Assembly: GCA_038204425.1 (NCBI GenBank)
Contig: JBBRCZ010000001.1
Span: forward strand, 256,001-320,000
DNA: 64,000 nt
Reading direction: 5' to 3'
Source: Spirochaetia bacterium
GTDB lineage: Bacteria > Spirochaetota > Spirochaetia > DSM-27196 > Salinispiraceae
Shown here: piece after piece, positions 18,594 to 28,507 of the stretch
How positions within the stretch are numbered: position 1 is the first letter of the stretch
Layout: each line of letters begins with the position of its first letter
Notes under the pieces: generated by a model
What the model was told of the DNA's origin: nothing
The model's input: the letters and a program-made list of their open reading frames with translations, nothing else
Database searches by the model: none
Made by a program: the position numbers and the translations under genes

Positions 18594-19835
18594 ATGGCAG
18601 AAAAAATTCAAATGATCGCGCTTTCTCCCACCATGGAAGAAGGCACAATAGTAAAATGGAACCTCAAAGTCGGCGACAGTGTTAAAACCGGCGATGTTTT
18701 GTGCGAAGTAGAAACAGACAAAGCCACTATGGAGTACGAGTCTTCCCAAGAGGGTACTATACTCAAAATAGTTCTTGACCAAGGAAGCACAGCAAAAGTT
18801 GGCGACATGATTGGCATAATTGGTGCCAAGGGTGAGGATATTTCTGCAATTGCCTCTAGTCCAGCTGAGGCAAGCCCAGCAGCAAGTAGTGATGCCAAGT
18901 CAGCTTCCAAAGCGAATGAAACGCCAGCTTCGACAGTCCAAGCAAGTAATCAAGACTCCAACCATGCAAGTGGTTCTACCAAGGCAAGTCCCTTGGCGCG
19001 AAAACTTGCCGCCGATCGCGGCATAGATTTAACTAACGTTTCGGGGACTGGTCCTGACGGTCGTGTAATCAAACGAGACTTAGAAGGTCAGGCAAGTGGC
19101 AAACCAGCTGGCCAAAGCCCATCGGCCTCAACAGTTGTCAGTTCCGGACAGGATCAAAAAATACAAGTTACTGGCAAGCGCGCAGTTATTGCCAAGCGTT
19201 TGGCTGAGTCCCTTTTTACAGCTCCACATTTCTTCTTGACATCAAGTGTTGCAATGGATAATTTAATTGCCACCCGCAATTTATTAAACAAACAAGTTGA
19301 TCCCAAGTCCAAGGTAGGCTTTAATGCCTTTATTATCAAACTTGCCGCCGAAGCCTTAAAGCGTCACGCTGCGGTCAACGCTTCTTGGCAAGGTGATCAT
19401 ATCTTGCAGTTTGGCAGCATTGATATTGGTCTTGCAGTGGACCTAGGTAACGGCCTCATCACGCCGATTGTGCGTAACGCAGCCAACAAGGGTGTTTACC
19501 AAATTGATCAAGAACTAAAGGTGCTTATAGAAAAAGCAGGAGCCGGCACTCTCAAACCCGATGAATATTCTGGCGCAACATTTACAATATCTAACCTCGG
19601 CAGTTTTGGAGTAGAAGAGTTTACTGCCATAATTAACCCGCCAGGCAGCGCAATTCTTGCCCTTGGCGAAGTCAAGAAAACGCCAGTTGTGGGTGAAAAT
19701 GATCAAATTGTCGTCGCAAGCATAATGAAAATGACCGTTTCATGCGATCATCGCGTTATTGATGGTGCACTTGGTGGTCGGTTTATCGCGGAACTTAAAG
19801 CACTGCTGGAACAGCCAGCACGAGCAATTTTTTGA
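18594..19835 (+). CDS. pdhC: Dihydrolipoamide acetyltransferase E2
   Basis: One lipoyl domain (ETDKAT), ASPLARKLA binding domain, DHRVIDG catalytic motif. Confidence 0.96.
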   Translation: MAEKIQMIALSPTMEEGTIVKWNLKVGDSVKTGDVLCEVETDKATMEYESSQEGTILKIVLDQGSTAKVGDMIGIIGAKGEDISAIASSPAEASPAASSDAKSASKANETPASTVQASNQDSNHASGSTKASPLARKLAADRGIDLTNVSGTGPDGRVIKRDLEGQASGKPAGQSPSASTVVSSGQDQKIQVTGKRAVIAKRLAESLFTAPHFFLTSSVAMDNLIATRNLLNKQVDPKSKVGFNAFIIKLAAEALKRHAAVNASWQGDHILQFGSIDIGLAVDLGNGLITPIVRNAANKGVYQIDQELKVLIEKAGAGTLKPDEYSGATFTISNLGSFGVEEFTAIINPPGSAILALGEVKKTPVVGENDQIVVASIMKMTVSCDHRVIDGALGGRFIAELKALLEQPARAIF

Positions 19836-19876
19836 TCCGACTTTGATTTTTACGACGCACGAGGAGAGATACAGAT

Positions 19877-21277
19877 ATGGCAGAATTTGACTACGATTTG
19901 GCAATTATTGGAGCAGGGCCTGGTGGCTATGTAAGCGCGATTAGAGCAAGTCAGCTGGGGCTAAAAACCGTTGTAATAGAAAAAGACAAACCGGGCGGCG
20001 TATGTGGCAACTGGGGCTGTATACCTTCCAAATCATTGTTGAGTATGGCAGAAACCTTTCATTCTATTAAGTCGTTAGAAGCCATGGGTGTCAAAGTTGA
20101 CAAAACGAGCTTTGACTACCAAAAAGTACATGCCCGTTCCCGCGCCGCCAGCGACCGATCCGGCAAAGGTGTCGCCGGACTTCTCAAACGAAACAAAATT
20201 GAACTATTAAGTGCCACAGCGACCCTTACCAGCCCACACGAACTGCAGCTCACGACTGCTGAAGGCAAGCGAACAGTTACAAGTAAGAACATTCTAATTG
20301 CAAGTGGCAGCAGCCCGCGTGTAATTCCTGGCTTTGAGTTTGACGAACAACAAGTGCTTTCATCAACGGGAATTCTGGCGATGGACAAGCTTCCAGAAAG
20401 TCTGGTTATCCTTGGTGCTGGCGCCATAGGTATGGAACTTGCCTATATAATGAACGCTTTCGGCGTTAAGGTAAGTGTAGTTGAAATGCTCGACAGAGTG
20501 TTGCCGCTTGAAGACGCCGACATCAGTAAAGTCGTTGAGTCAGAATTGAAGAAGCAAGGAATTACTTTTTTAACCTCAACAAAAGCTTCTGATCTAAAGA
20601 AGTCTAAAGCAGGCATCAGCTTGCAGATAGAAACTAAGTCAGGCCAAAAAAGTAAACTAGAGGCAGAAAAGATTCTGGTAGCGGTCGGACGCAGTCCCAA
20701 CAGTGCCAATTTGGGACTTGAAAAACTCGGCATTGCAATCGAAAAAGGCTTTGTCGTCACTGGAGACTACTACCAAACCTCAGTAAAGAGTGTCTTTGCC
20801 ATTGGAGATCTTATAGCTAGCCCCTTACTGGCTCATGTGGCTAGCAAAGAGGGTGAGATTGCAGTTGAGTATATTGCCGGACATGGACACGAAAAACGAT
20901 TAGATCCAAGTCTTATTCCCGGCGCAGTTTATACCGAACCTGGGGTGGGTAGCTTTGGATTGACTGAAGCAAAAGCGCTTGAGCAAAAACTTGATATAAG
21001 TGTTTACAGCTTTCCCTACCAAGGGATAGGCAAGGCAAATGCGATCGAAAAAGCAGTAGGACTGGTAAAGATTGTTTGCGATAAGAAAACACACGAGATT
21101 TTAGGCGGGCATGTAGTAGGTTACAGCGCCACCGAAATGATTCATGAAATCTTGCTGGCACGAAAAGCCGAGCTTCTACCTGAAGACATTGCGAGCATGG
21201 TTCATGCCCATCCCACCATATCTGAAGGTATAATGGAAGCTATGCGCGGCATCGAAGGTTGGGCGATTCACGTTTAG
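19877..21277 (+). CDS. lpdA: Dihydrolipoamide dehydrogenase E3
   Basis: GAGPGG, GGVCGNWGCIPSK, HAHPTISE. Confidence 0.96.
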   Translation: MAEFDYDLAIIGAGPGGYVSAIRASQLGLKTVVIEKDKPGGVCGNWGCIPSKSLLSMAETFHSIKSLEAMGVKVDKTSFDYQKVHARSRAASDRSGKGVAGLLKRNKIELLSATATLTSPHELQLTTAEGKRTVTSKNILIASGSSPRVIPGFEFDEQQVLSSTGILAMDKLPESLVILGAGAIGMELAYIMNAFGVKVSVVEMLDRVLPLEDADISKVVESELKKQGITFLTSTKASDLKKSKAGISLQIETKSGQKSKLEAEKILVAVGRSPNSANLGLEKLGIAIEKGFVVTGDYYQTSVKSVFAIGDLIASPLLAHVASKEGEIAVEYIAGHGHEKRLDPSLIPGAVYTEPGVGSFGLTEAKALEQKLDISVYSFPYQGIGKANAIEKAVGLVKIVCDKKTHEILGGHVVGYSATEMIHEILLARKAELLPEDIASMVHAHPTISEGIMEAMRGIEGWAIHV

Positions 21278-22530
21278 GCTTTTCTAATGATGGGATTTGG
21301 ACCTTTTAAGTAGTGATACAGACCAAGATAGACTTCGTTCTTGGTCTGGTTTATCACTCGGTTCCGGTCGCCATTGTAGATTTTTTTTAGGAATCTGACC
21401 TCTTTTTCTAAGGCGAAAGCAACGTGGACAAGTCCCAGTGGTTTTTCTTGGCTTCCGCCACTTGGCCCGGCTATGCCGCTGACTGCTACTGAAATATCAC
21501 TTTTAAAGCGCGCTTTGGCGCCAAGGGCCATTTGCTCCACGCAGCGCTCAGAAACTTCTCCTTCTTGGTTGATTGTCAACTGAGATACTCCCAGTAGATC
21601 CACTTTGCTCTGGTTTGAATAGCTGGTAATACTACCCAAAAAGCAACTAGAAGCGCCTGCCCATTTGACAAGTTCAGAACCCAAAATGCCTCCAGTCAAA
21701 GACTCTGCAAAACTGACAGTTAATCCACGTTTGCTTAGTTCTTCAAGTAGTAGTTGGCCTAGGTCCCTTTTTTCAGTGTAAAGAATATGGTTTAGATCCA
21801 GAAGTTCTTTGACTTTGTCCAGCTCTTCCAATAGGACTTGAGGTTGCGCTTCGTCGTCTGACCACTGCGAGAGGTGTAGATCCAAGTAACCTTCGCTGCT
21901 AAAATAAGTGCCCCAATAACACAGTTTGCTAAAGTCTTTGCTAAGCTCTGTAAATTGGCTTTCGCCAATTGAATACAGACGCAGACACTGCTTGTGCAGC
22001 TTGCTACCCAGTAGGCCCCATGCCTTTAACAAACGTGGTAATTCTTCATCAATCATGGGGCGATTCTCTCGAGGTGGGCCAGGAATAACAATCAGAGAGT
22101 GCATAGAATCGTGATAGCAGAGTCCAGGCGCCGTTCCGAGTGGATTTTCTAGGTAGCCGCCGCCATCAATTATCATCGCTTGTTTGCGATTAGATTCGTT
22201 GCAAGAGAGTTGTCGTTTGGCAAAAAAATCAACAATAGTCTGCCAAATTTTTGGTTCAAAAATTAGTTCCTTTTCCAAGAACTTCGCAACAGCTATTCTG
22301 GTTAAATCATCATCTGTCGGTCCCAAGCCGCCACTTAGAACTACAAGTTGGCAGTCTTTGCAAAAATTGAGAACATCGATAATCTGATCAATTCTATCAG
22401 CTACCGAAATACGTTTGTAAGGCAAAACGCCATGGGTCACTAAAAACCGAGACAAATATGAGGCATTGCTGTCCTCAATCAAACCTTCCATTACTTCGTC
22501 GCCTACCGTTATGATAGCTGCTTTATACAT
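21274..22530 (-). CDS. cinA: CinA family protein (MocF-like domain plus NMN deamidase PncC)
   Basis: VGDE, SGGLGPTDDD, AESLTGG, SGIAGPSGG. Confidence 0.92.
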   Translation of the reverse strand: MYKAAIITVGDEVMEGLIEDSNASYLSRFLVTHGVLPYKRISVADRIDQIIDVLNFCKDCQLVVLSGGLGPTDDDLTRIAVAKFLEKELIFEPKIWQTIVDFFAKRQLSCNESNRKQAMIIDGGGYLENPLGTAPGLCYHDSMHSLIVIPGPPRENRPMIDEELPRLLKAWGLLGSKLHKQCLRLYSIGESQFTELSKDFSKLCYWGTYFSSEGYLDLHLSQWSDDEAQPQVLLEELDKVKELLDLNHILYTEKRDLGQLLLEELSKRGLTVSFAESLTGGILGSELVKWAGASSCFLGSITSYSNQSKVDLLGVSQLTINQEGEVSERCVEQMALGAKARFKSDISVAVSGIAGPSGGSQEKPLGLVHVAFALEKEVRFLKKIYNGDRNRVINQTKNEVYLGLYHYLKGPNPIIRKA

Positions 22531-22607
22531 TGTTGCTAACCTTTAGCGAACTTTAGCATTACACTTGGTCTGTAACAAGCGCCCAAAACATGTTAAGCTA
22601 CTTTACC

Positions 22608-23699
22608 ATGGAACGAAAACGAATCCTTACCGGCGACCGACCGAGCGGGAAGCTTCACCTTGGTCACTATGTTGGTTCACTCAAAAACAGAGTAAAGCTA
22701 CAAAATGACTACGATTGTTTTTTTATTATCGCTGATTTACATACATTGACTACAAAACCCGACAAGTCGTCGATTGAGCAGATTGCTCAGAACGCGCGGG
22801 ATATGGTCTTAGACTATCTTGCTTGTGGCATTGATCCCAATAAAAGTGTCATTTACTTGCAGTCGGCTGTTCCAGAGATCTACGAACTCAATCTAATTTT
22901 TGAAATGCTGGTTAGTGTCCCTCGTCTACAAAGAATGCCTAGTCTAAAAGATATGGCTCGTAATGCCGACCTAAGTGAAATGCCTTTTGGCCTCTTGGGT
23001 TATCCTGTCTTACAATCAGCCGATATTTTGCTACCCAGAGCCAACTTGGTTCCGGTAGGTAAAGACAATGAAGCCCACGTCGAACTTACCCGAGAAATAG
23101 CTCGACGTTTTAATCACCTGTATGGTGAGGTTTTTAGCATCCCAGAAGTGCTGATTGGGGAGGTTCCAACCTTGATTGGCACTGATGGTCAAGGAAAAAT
23201 GTCCAAGAGTGTTGGTAACGCTATTCTTTTGAGTGACGAGACTATCACCGTAGAAAAAAAAGTCAATTCAATGTACACTGACCCCAATCGAATTAGTGCC
23301 GATGTGCCGGGTAAGGTTGAAGGCAACCCTGTTTTTATCTACCACGATGTTTTTAATGAAAACAAAGATGAGGTTAATGATTTAAAGGATCGCTACAAAC
23401 TTGGAAAAGTAGGTGATGTAGAAGTCAAACAGAAGCTTTCAAAAGCGCTCAATATTTTCTTGAAACCAATCCGCGAGACTAGAAGCACTTATGAAAACCG
23501 CAAAGGTTTTGTTGACGAGGTAATTTACGAAGGAACTCTTCGCATGAGGGAAGAGGCACGAAAGACTTTGATTGAAGTTCGCAAAGCAATGGGACTGAGT
23601 TCAATCTGGAATAGAATAGGTCGCAAGGCTGAAGACGGTCGCAAAGCAGAAGATAGAGCCAAAGCACAACAAAAAAACGAGAGTCTTCCGAATGGGTGA
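22608..23699 (+). CDS. trpS: Tryptophanyl-tRNA synthetase
   Basis: [13 protein letters not shown] (HIGH motif), [15 protein letters not shown]. Confidence 0.97.
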   Translation: MERKRILTGDRPSGKLHLGHYVGSLKNRVKLQNDYDCFFIIADLHTLTTKPDKSSIEQIAQNARDMVLDYLACGIDPNKSVIYLQSAVPEIYELNLIFEMLVSVPRLQRMPSLKDMARNADLSEMPFGLLGYPVLQSADILLPRANLVPVGKDNEAHVELTREIARRFNHLYGEVFSIPEVLIGEVPTLIGTDGQGKMSKSVGNAILLSDETITVEKKVNSMYTDPNRISADVPGKVEGNPVFIYHDVFNENKDEVNDLKDRYKLGKVGDVEVKQKLSKALNIFLKPIRETRSTYENRKGFVDEVIYEGTLRMREEARKTLIEVRKAMGLSSIWNRIGRKAEDGRKAEDRAKAQQKNESLPNG

Positions 23700-24438
23700 A
23701 ATCTTTGATTGGTTGATAAGACAAAGAGATCTGCCTGCAGACTTTGATGCGGTAATTTTTGACCTAGATGGAACACTTATAGATAGCGAACCCGTTTACT
23801 TAAAAGCCAACCTTGCATTTATGGCAAGTCACGGTATTCAATTGACCGAAAAGGACTATGGTCGATTTGTTGGCATCGGAGCTCGTTCGTTTCTAGACAT
23901 TCTTAGAGACGAATATGGACTAACAAAAAATCAAGACTTGCTAATGGCCGAAATGGATCATTTTTATCATCTGAGTGCTACCAATGGGATTCCTTTCTTT
24001 GAACCAACCTGTGATTTTGCAAGACTCTTGAAAGAGGCCAAAATCCCAATAGGAATCGCAACTGGTTCTACACATCAAGCAATAATTCAAAGTTTAAAGT
24101 GGGCCGAACTAGACGGCGTTTTTGAAACCGTTGTCTCAGTAAATGAGGTTGCTAAAGGAAAGCCTGCGCCTGATGTTTTTTACGAAACGGCAAAACGAAT
24201 GAAAGTCACGAGCTCTCGCTGTCTCGTGCTAGAAGACAGTCGCTACGGTGTTGAAGCTGGACTAGCAGCGGGTATGACCGTTATGGCACTCACGCCCTTG
24301 CGAAACATATCAGTGTATAGTTCTCAGCCAGATAAAGATTATTCCTTGGCCCACTTACTCGTCGAAGGCGGTCCAGAACACATGAATGCCAAAGAGTTTA
24401 TGGGCATGTTCTTTTCTAGCTACATAGGGCATGTCTAA
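23692..24438 (+). CDS. HAD-superfamily phosphatase (beta-PGM/CbbY-like)
   Basis: [18 protein letters not shown]. Confidence 0.88.
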   Translation: MGEIFDWLIRQRDLPADFDAVIFDLDGTLIDSEPVYLKANLAFMASHGIQLTEKDYGRFVGIGARSFLDILRDEYGLTKNQDLLMAEMDHFYHLSATNGIPFFEPTCDFARLLKEAKIPIGIATGSTHQAIIQSLKWAELDGVFETVVSVNEVAKGKPAPDVFYETAKRMKVTSSRCLVLEDSRYGVEAGLAAGMTVMALTPLRNISVYSSQPDKDYSLAHLLVEGGPEHMNAKEFMGMFFSSYIGHV

Positions 24439-24450
24439 CGGGGTATATGC

Positions 24451-25269
24451 TTGAGCAGCTACCAAGGTTTTATTCAAACAGTCTGGGATTTCTATAGTCT
24501 CAACAAGCGTAAGTTCCCGTGGCGCGATAATTTTGATGCTTGGGCAGTTATGGTATCTGAAGTCATGCTACAGCAGACACAGACCTCCAGAGTCTGCCAA
24601 TACTTTGAAAGGTTTATAGGCCGATTTCCAAGACCCAAAGATTTGGCAGAGGCTAGCTTAGGCGAAGCTATCGAGCATTGGAAAGGCTTGGGCTACAATC
24701 GCCGCATTCTAAATTTGCGCCTAAGCGCCCAAGAGCTTTGTAAGTCATATCAGGGCAAAGTTCCAAATGATCCTGACTTACTCGTTAGTCTTCCGGGTAT
24801 TGGGCCAAATACGGCTGCCTCTATTCTCAGTTTTGCTTTTAACATAGCTTTGCCATTCATAGAAACTAACATTAGAACCGTCTACATCAAGCATTTTTTT
24901 TTAGATAAAACCGAAGTGAGTGACAAAGAGATACTTGCAATTGTAAAAGCAACTCTTGATCGAGATAATGCTCGACAATGGTATTATGCTCTTATGGATT
25001 ATGGTGTATATATAAAGAAATCTGAAGGCAACTTAAACAAAAGTTCCAAACACTACCATAAACAAAGTCAATTCAAAGGTTCGCTGCGCCAAATTAGAGG
25101 CGAAATTCTGTCTCTATTGATCGAAAAATCAAAGACCTCATTGGCCGAGATCTACGATTCACTCGCTCACAAGCAGATCAAGGACTGCGACAAAATCCAA
25201 CGTGCCCTGGAAGCGCTAGAAAATGAAGGTTTCGTTTCAGAGCATTCAGGAGACTATCGTACTAGATAG
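24451..25269 (+). CDS. MutY-like HhH-GPD DNA glycosylase lacking the 4Fe-4S motif
   Basis: FPWR, SEVMLQQT, GLGYNRR, LPGIGPNTA; no Cys cluster motif. Confidence 0.85.
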   Translation: MSSYQGFIQTVWDFYSLNKRKFPWRDNFDAWAVMVSEVMLQQTQTSRVCQYFERFIGRFPRPKDLAEASLGEAIEHWKGLGYNRRILNLRLSAQELCKSYQGKVPNDPDLLVSLPGIGPNTAASILSFAFNIALPFIETNIRTVYIKHFFLDKTEVSDKEILAIVKATLDRDNARQWYYALMDYGVYIKKSEGNLNKSSKHYHKQSQFKGSLRQIRGEILSLLIEKSKTSLAEIYDSLAHKQIKDCDKIQRALEALENEGFVSEHSGDYRTR

Positions 25270-27183
25270 AGCTTCAGCTTGCTCTATCATTGCTCTGTGC
25301 CAATCTAACAAAAAGGTTTCACCTTCTGGATTGTTACCCTTTAAGTCGACCAGAATCCTAAAGACAGGTTCCGTTCCTGACCCGCGCATCCAAAGAAAGC
25401 CGAGTTCGTCACCATTTTGGTCAGCAAAAAGCACCTTAAATCCTCCGCGCTCTTTGCCGGTCCGCTTACTTGCGCCCATGCCAATGATAGTGTTGATGCC
25501 TTCGTAATTTACAACCTGATAATCAACTATGCCAAATTTATTTCTGAGCATCGCTTGTTCTTTTTGCCACTCTTTTTGAAATATTTTTTCGTAGGCCGCT
25601 TTAAGTTGAGCATGATCGGCAGCAATCTTCATGATCGCGCAATCCTCATAGGCTGAGGTGGTGGTCCATTGTGGTAATGATGCAATGATGTCACTGAGCG
25701 TATAGGTCTCAGAATAGGTTCTATTCTGCAACGAACACCAAATACCAAAAAGCCCCTTGTGCTTGCCTTCATCACGCAACACGAGCAGTTTGACTAAACT
25801 CATGACGGTGTCTAATGGGTCTCTGACCGAGGACGGGTGGGTAATATTACCACCATTTGACCCCTCGCCTAAGATTCTGACTATATAGCCTTGATCCCTT
25901 AGTTTTTGCGCTAACTGCACCACGTTGGCTTCGCCCACTTCTGCTCGCCAAACTTCTGCACCAAACACTTTGGCAAGTTCTTCAATACGCATTGAGGTGG
26001 CGTCATTGACCGCAATCGCAAGCTTTGTGCTTGGCTGCATTGCAACTGAATAACTAATGTCTCCACAGTAGACCAAGTAGGCGAGTTCCGCCAAACAAGA
26101 CAATGCAAAAACTTCTTGGGCTTCAAGAATTAGTGCTCCAGCTTTTTTTTGGTCAATGTAGACGATATTGCCGCGATCGCCATCGTTGTCTGGCATGTAG
26201 CCAAGTGAAAAACCAGCTTTGTTTTTCCAAATCTTTTCCAGTTCTTGGCGACAGACATCTAACGACTGTCCTTCTGGTACTATCCGGTGAGCTATCTGCC
26301 GTGCGGTTCCGTTAACGGTCAAGAATCTAAGTCCATTGTTTTCAAAAAACTGTTTGTCTATGCTGAGGCAGCGAGCACTTCCGTTCATATCGGCAACTAT
26401 GCCCAAGTCCACATTACGACTGGCAAGAGCAATCTTTGTCATTCTTTCTTGAGAAAGCTTCTCGTCCCAAGAATTGCTGACAATAGTTGCACTTAGGGTT
26501 GTGTAGTTTTCTAAGGCAGCCTGCTTATTTTTGTTAGCTAGTGCAAATATAGCGTCAAGCTCAGTGCTTTTGATAGCATGTATTGCTTCAAAGGCCAGGC
26601 TTCCAGCCGTTTCGAAACTGAGGGCATATTTATATGATTCAATCAAAGGATTGACTTGACTAGCCTTCAGAACCCCACCACTTTTAAGCCCAAACTTGAC
26701 GCCATTGTGTCCCACGGGGTTGTGACTAGCTGAAATATAGACCAAGCCGTCAACTTGTTCGTCCAATTTTGCATGCGCCATAGCTTCGGGTGTCGAAGCA
26801 ATAAAAATATATTGAACCTTAACTCCAAGGCCGACTAGAGCGCGGATCATTACATCGGCTAAAAGTGTCCCGGTTGGTCGACTATCCATGGCCACTAAGA
26901 CAGTGCTGTTATGTTGATTCTTTCCAGTTAGGCTTGGTAAGGCCTTAGCAAAAGTCTGCGCCATATACCAGGCAAGAACCAAATCAACTGGACCAACCAG
27001 CTCTGAGGCATCTTCTTGATCCTGTGATGCAACAAAAACCTTACGCCACCCCGACGCAGACAGAATCAAATTTTCAGTGGCTCTCACAATTTCAATTTGA
27101 CTTGGCGGCTTGGTCAATAATCTAGGGATAAGAGTGGAATCACCAATGCTGAGTTTGCTAATGGGATCAATGAATGTTGGCAA
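25246..27183 (-). CDS. Alpha-D-phosphohexomutase (PGM/PMM family)
   Basis: SASHNP phosphoserine motif, DNDGDR metal loop, GEGSNG, RGSGTEP. Confidence 0.88.
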   Translation of the reverse strand: MPTFIDPISKLSIGDSTLIPRLLTKPPSQIEIVRATENLILSASGWRKVFVASQDQEDASELVGPVDLVLAWYMAQTFAKALPSLTGKNQHNSTVLVAMDSRPTGTLLADVMIRALVGLGVKVQYIFIASTPEAMAHAKLDEQVDGLVYISASHNPVGHNGVKFGLKSGGVLKASQVNPLIESYKYALSFETAGSLAFEAIHAIKSTELDAIFALANKNKQAALENYTTLSATIVSNSWDEKLSQERMTKIALASRNVDLGIVADMNGSARCLSIDKQFFENNGLRFLTVNGTARQIAHRIVPEGQSLDVCRQELEKIWKNKAGFSLGYMPDNDGDRGNIVYIDQKKAGALILEAQEVFALSCLAELAYLVYCGDISYSVAMQPSTKLAIAVNDATSMRIEELAKVFGAEVWRAEVGEANVVQLAQKLRDQGYIVRILGEGSNGGNITHPSSVRDPLDTVMSLVKLLVLRDEGKHKGLFGIWCSLQNRTYSETYTLSDIIASLPQWTTTSAYEDCAIMKIAADHAQLKAAYEKIFQKEWQKEQAMLRNKFGIVDYQVVNYEGINTIIGMGASKRTGKERGGFKVLFADQNGDELGFLWMRGSGTEPVFRILVDLKGNNPEGETFLLDWHRAMIEQAEALSSTIVS

Positions 27184-27224
27184 ATTTAGCCTCCGTTAAA
27201 TTAACAATATTTATCAGTATGGTA

Positions 27225-28382
27225 TTAGAAATGCAAGCCTATATCGAAGCCAATCAATGGGCCATGTTGCCCACTAAAGGCTGGCTGAAAAGGTAGAAAC
27301 TGAAGATATATAACGCCATGAGTATAGTCAAAAAAATTGAGAGTCAAGCCTAGGCCGAGACTAAGCGCATCCTTTAGATTTCCTTGATAGTCTGAGGACA
27401 ATCCCCAGTCGGCGTAGACTACCATTCCGGGAACTAGGTCGAGGCCAAAAAGTGTTGGTCCGCTAAGGTACCAGTCAATGTTAATGGCAAACTTTTGTAA
27501 TCCTGGCAAATAGCCATCGCCAAGCCCGCGGATTAGGCCACCGAGGCCAGAGCGCTCGTCAAAACCACCTATACTTCCGTACACCAAATACGGCAGTCGG
27601 GCGTCTGAAACGTTGCGTACGTAGTCATAGACAGCTTGAAAGCCCAGGTAGGAGCTTAATACGTTACTTAATAGTTCTTTGCTGTTGGGACCATAGTCTT
27701 TGTGTTCAAACAGTGGCAAATAGGCTTTTGCGAGGCCTCCAAATCTAAACCAAGCTTGGTCTTGTGTATTTAACGAAGGAGAAAACTCTGCGTAAGCTTC
27801 CAAAAAAAGGCCTGCGACGTTTTTGCTTATTGGATCAACTTTGGTACCATCAAAAGCCAGATCAAGTAAGATGCGACCGTACATCCCACCAGTGCGAAAA
27901 GAGTCGTTTGATTCAACCAAGAGCAAAGACTGATCGGCTGTATCGGGTGGACTGATGTATTCAAACAGATATGCTAACAATAGATTTGCATTGTTTCTAT
28001 CTTTGGCGGTGTCAAACGAAAGGCCTTGCTTAATTCCGAGTGCCGCCTTGAAGTTCCATGCATTAAAATAGCTTTTGATTGATAACAAGGAAGCATCTTC
28101 TTCTATCGACGAATTTAATGTTGATTCTTGGGGATCCAAAAAATAGCCGAGATTGTCGTACACCAAATGGGTTCGACCCCAGACAACGGTATCAACACCA
28201 TCAAGTATGCGTAGTCCTAGGTCAAAGTCACTTGCCAAACCCCAAAACTTGGGAGATGGATCTATTTCGAAATATCTAAAAACTTCCTCGCCATGTGCAG
28301 TTGGGCAAAAAAGCAAAGTTGCCAAGATCAAGATTGTGTAAGCTTTCACAAAAATCGTCCTAATGAAGGATTTTTTGGTCAT
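27225..28382 (-). CDS. Putative outer-membrane beta-barrel protein (Omp85-like)
   Basis: Signal peptide ending AHG, alternating amphipathic strands, GGLIRG loop, C-terminal GFDIGLHF. Confidence 0.6.
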   Translation of the reverse strand: MTKKSFIRTIFVKAYTILILATLLFCPTAHGEEVFRYFEIDPSPKFWGLASDFDLGLRILDGVDTVVWGRTHLVYDNLGYFLDPQESTLNSSIEEDASLLSIKSYFNAWNFKAALGIKQGLSFDTAKDRNNANLLLAYLFEYISPPDTADQSLLLVESNDSFRTGGMYGRILLDLAFDGTKVDPISKNVAGLFLEAYAEFSPSLNTQDQAWFRFGGLAKAYLPLFEHKDYGPNSKELLSNVLSSYLGFQAVYDYVRNVSDARLPYLVYGSIGGFDERSGLGGLIRGLGDGYLPGLQKFAINIDWYLSGPTLFGLDLVPGMVVYADWGLSSDYQGNLKDALSLGLGLTLNFFDYTHGVIYLQFLPFQPAFSGQHGPLIGFDIGLHF

Positions 28383-28440
28383 GTTTCACCTAGGCAAGTG
28401 CTGTGATTGCAAAAGACTGGGCAAATGACTCAACAATTCA

Positions 28441-28469
28441 TTGTACACGTAAAAATCTTATTTTACACT
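28441..28469 (+). promoter_or_regulatory. Sigma70-type promoter of the hybrid kinase, with a palindrome in the spacer
   Basis: TTGTAC-N17-TACACT; GTAAAA-N6-TTTTAC at 28449-28466. Confidence 0.5.
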
Positions 28470-28507
28470 TGCTATAGAGACATGGATAAAAATATTTGTG
28501 AAGGCAC

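Noticed and set aside
22540..22557. CTTTAGC direct repeat with a 10-bp period upstream of cinA
   Set aside because: Too short to distinguish from chance.
23619..23654. 18-bp imperfect tandem repeat (GRKAED twice) at the trpS 3' end
   Set aside because: Only two copies, in a variable tail; not an array.
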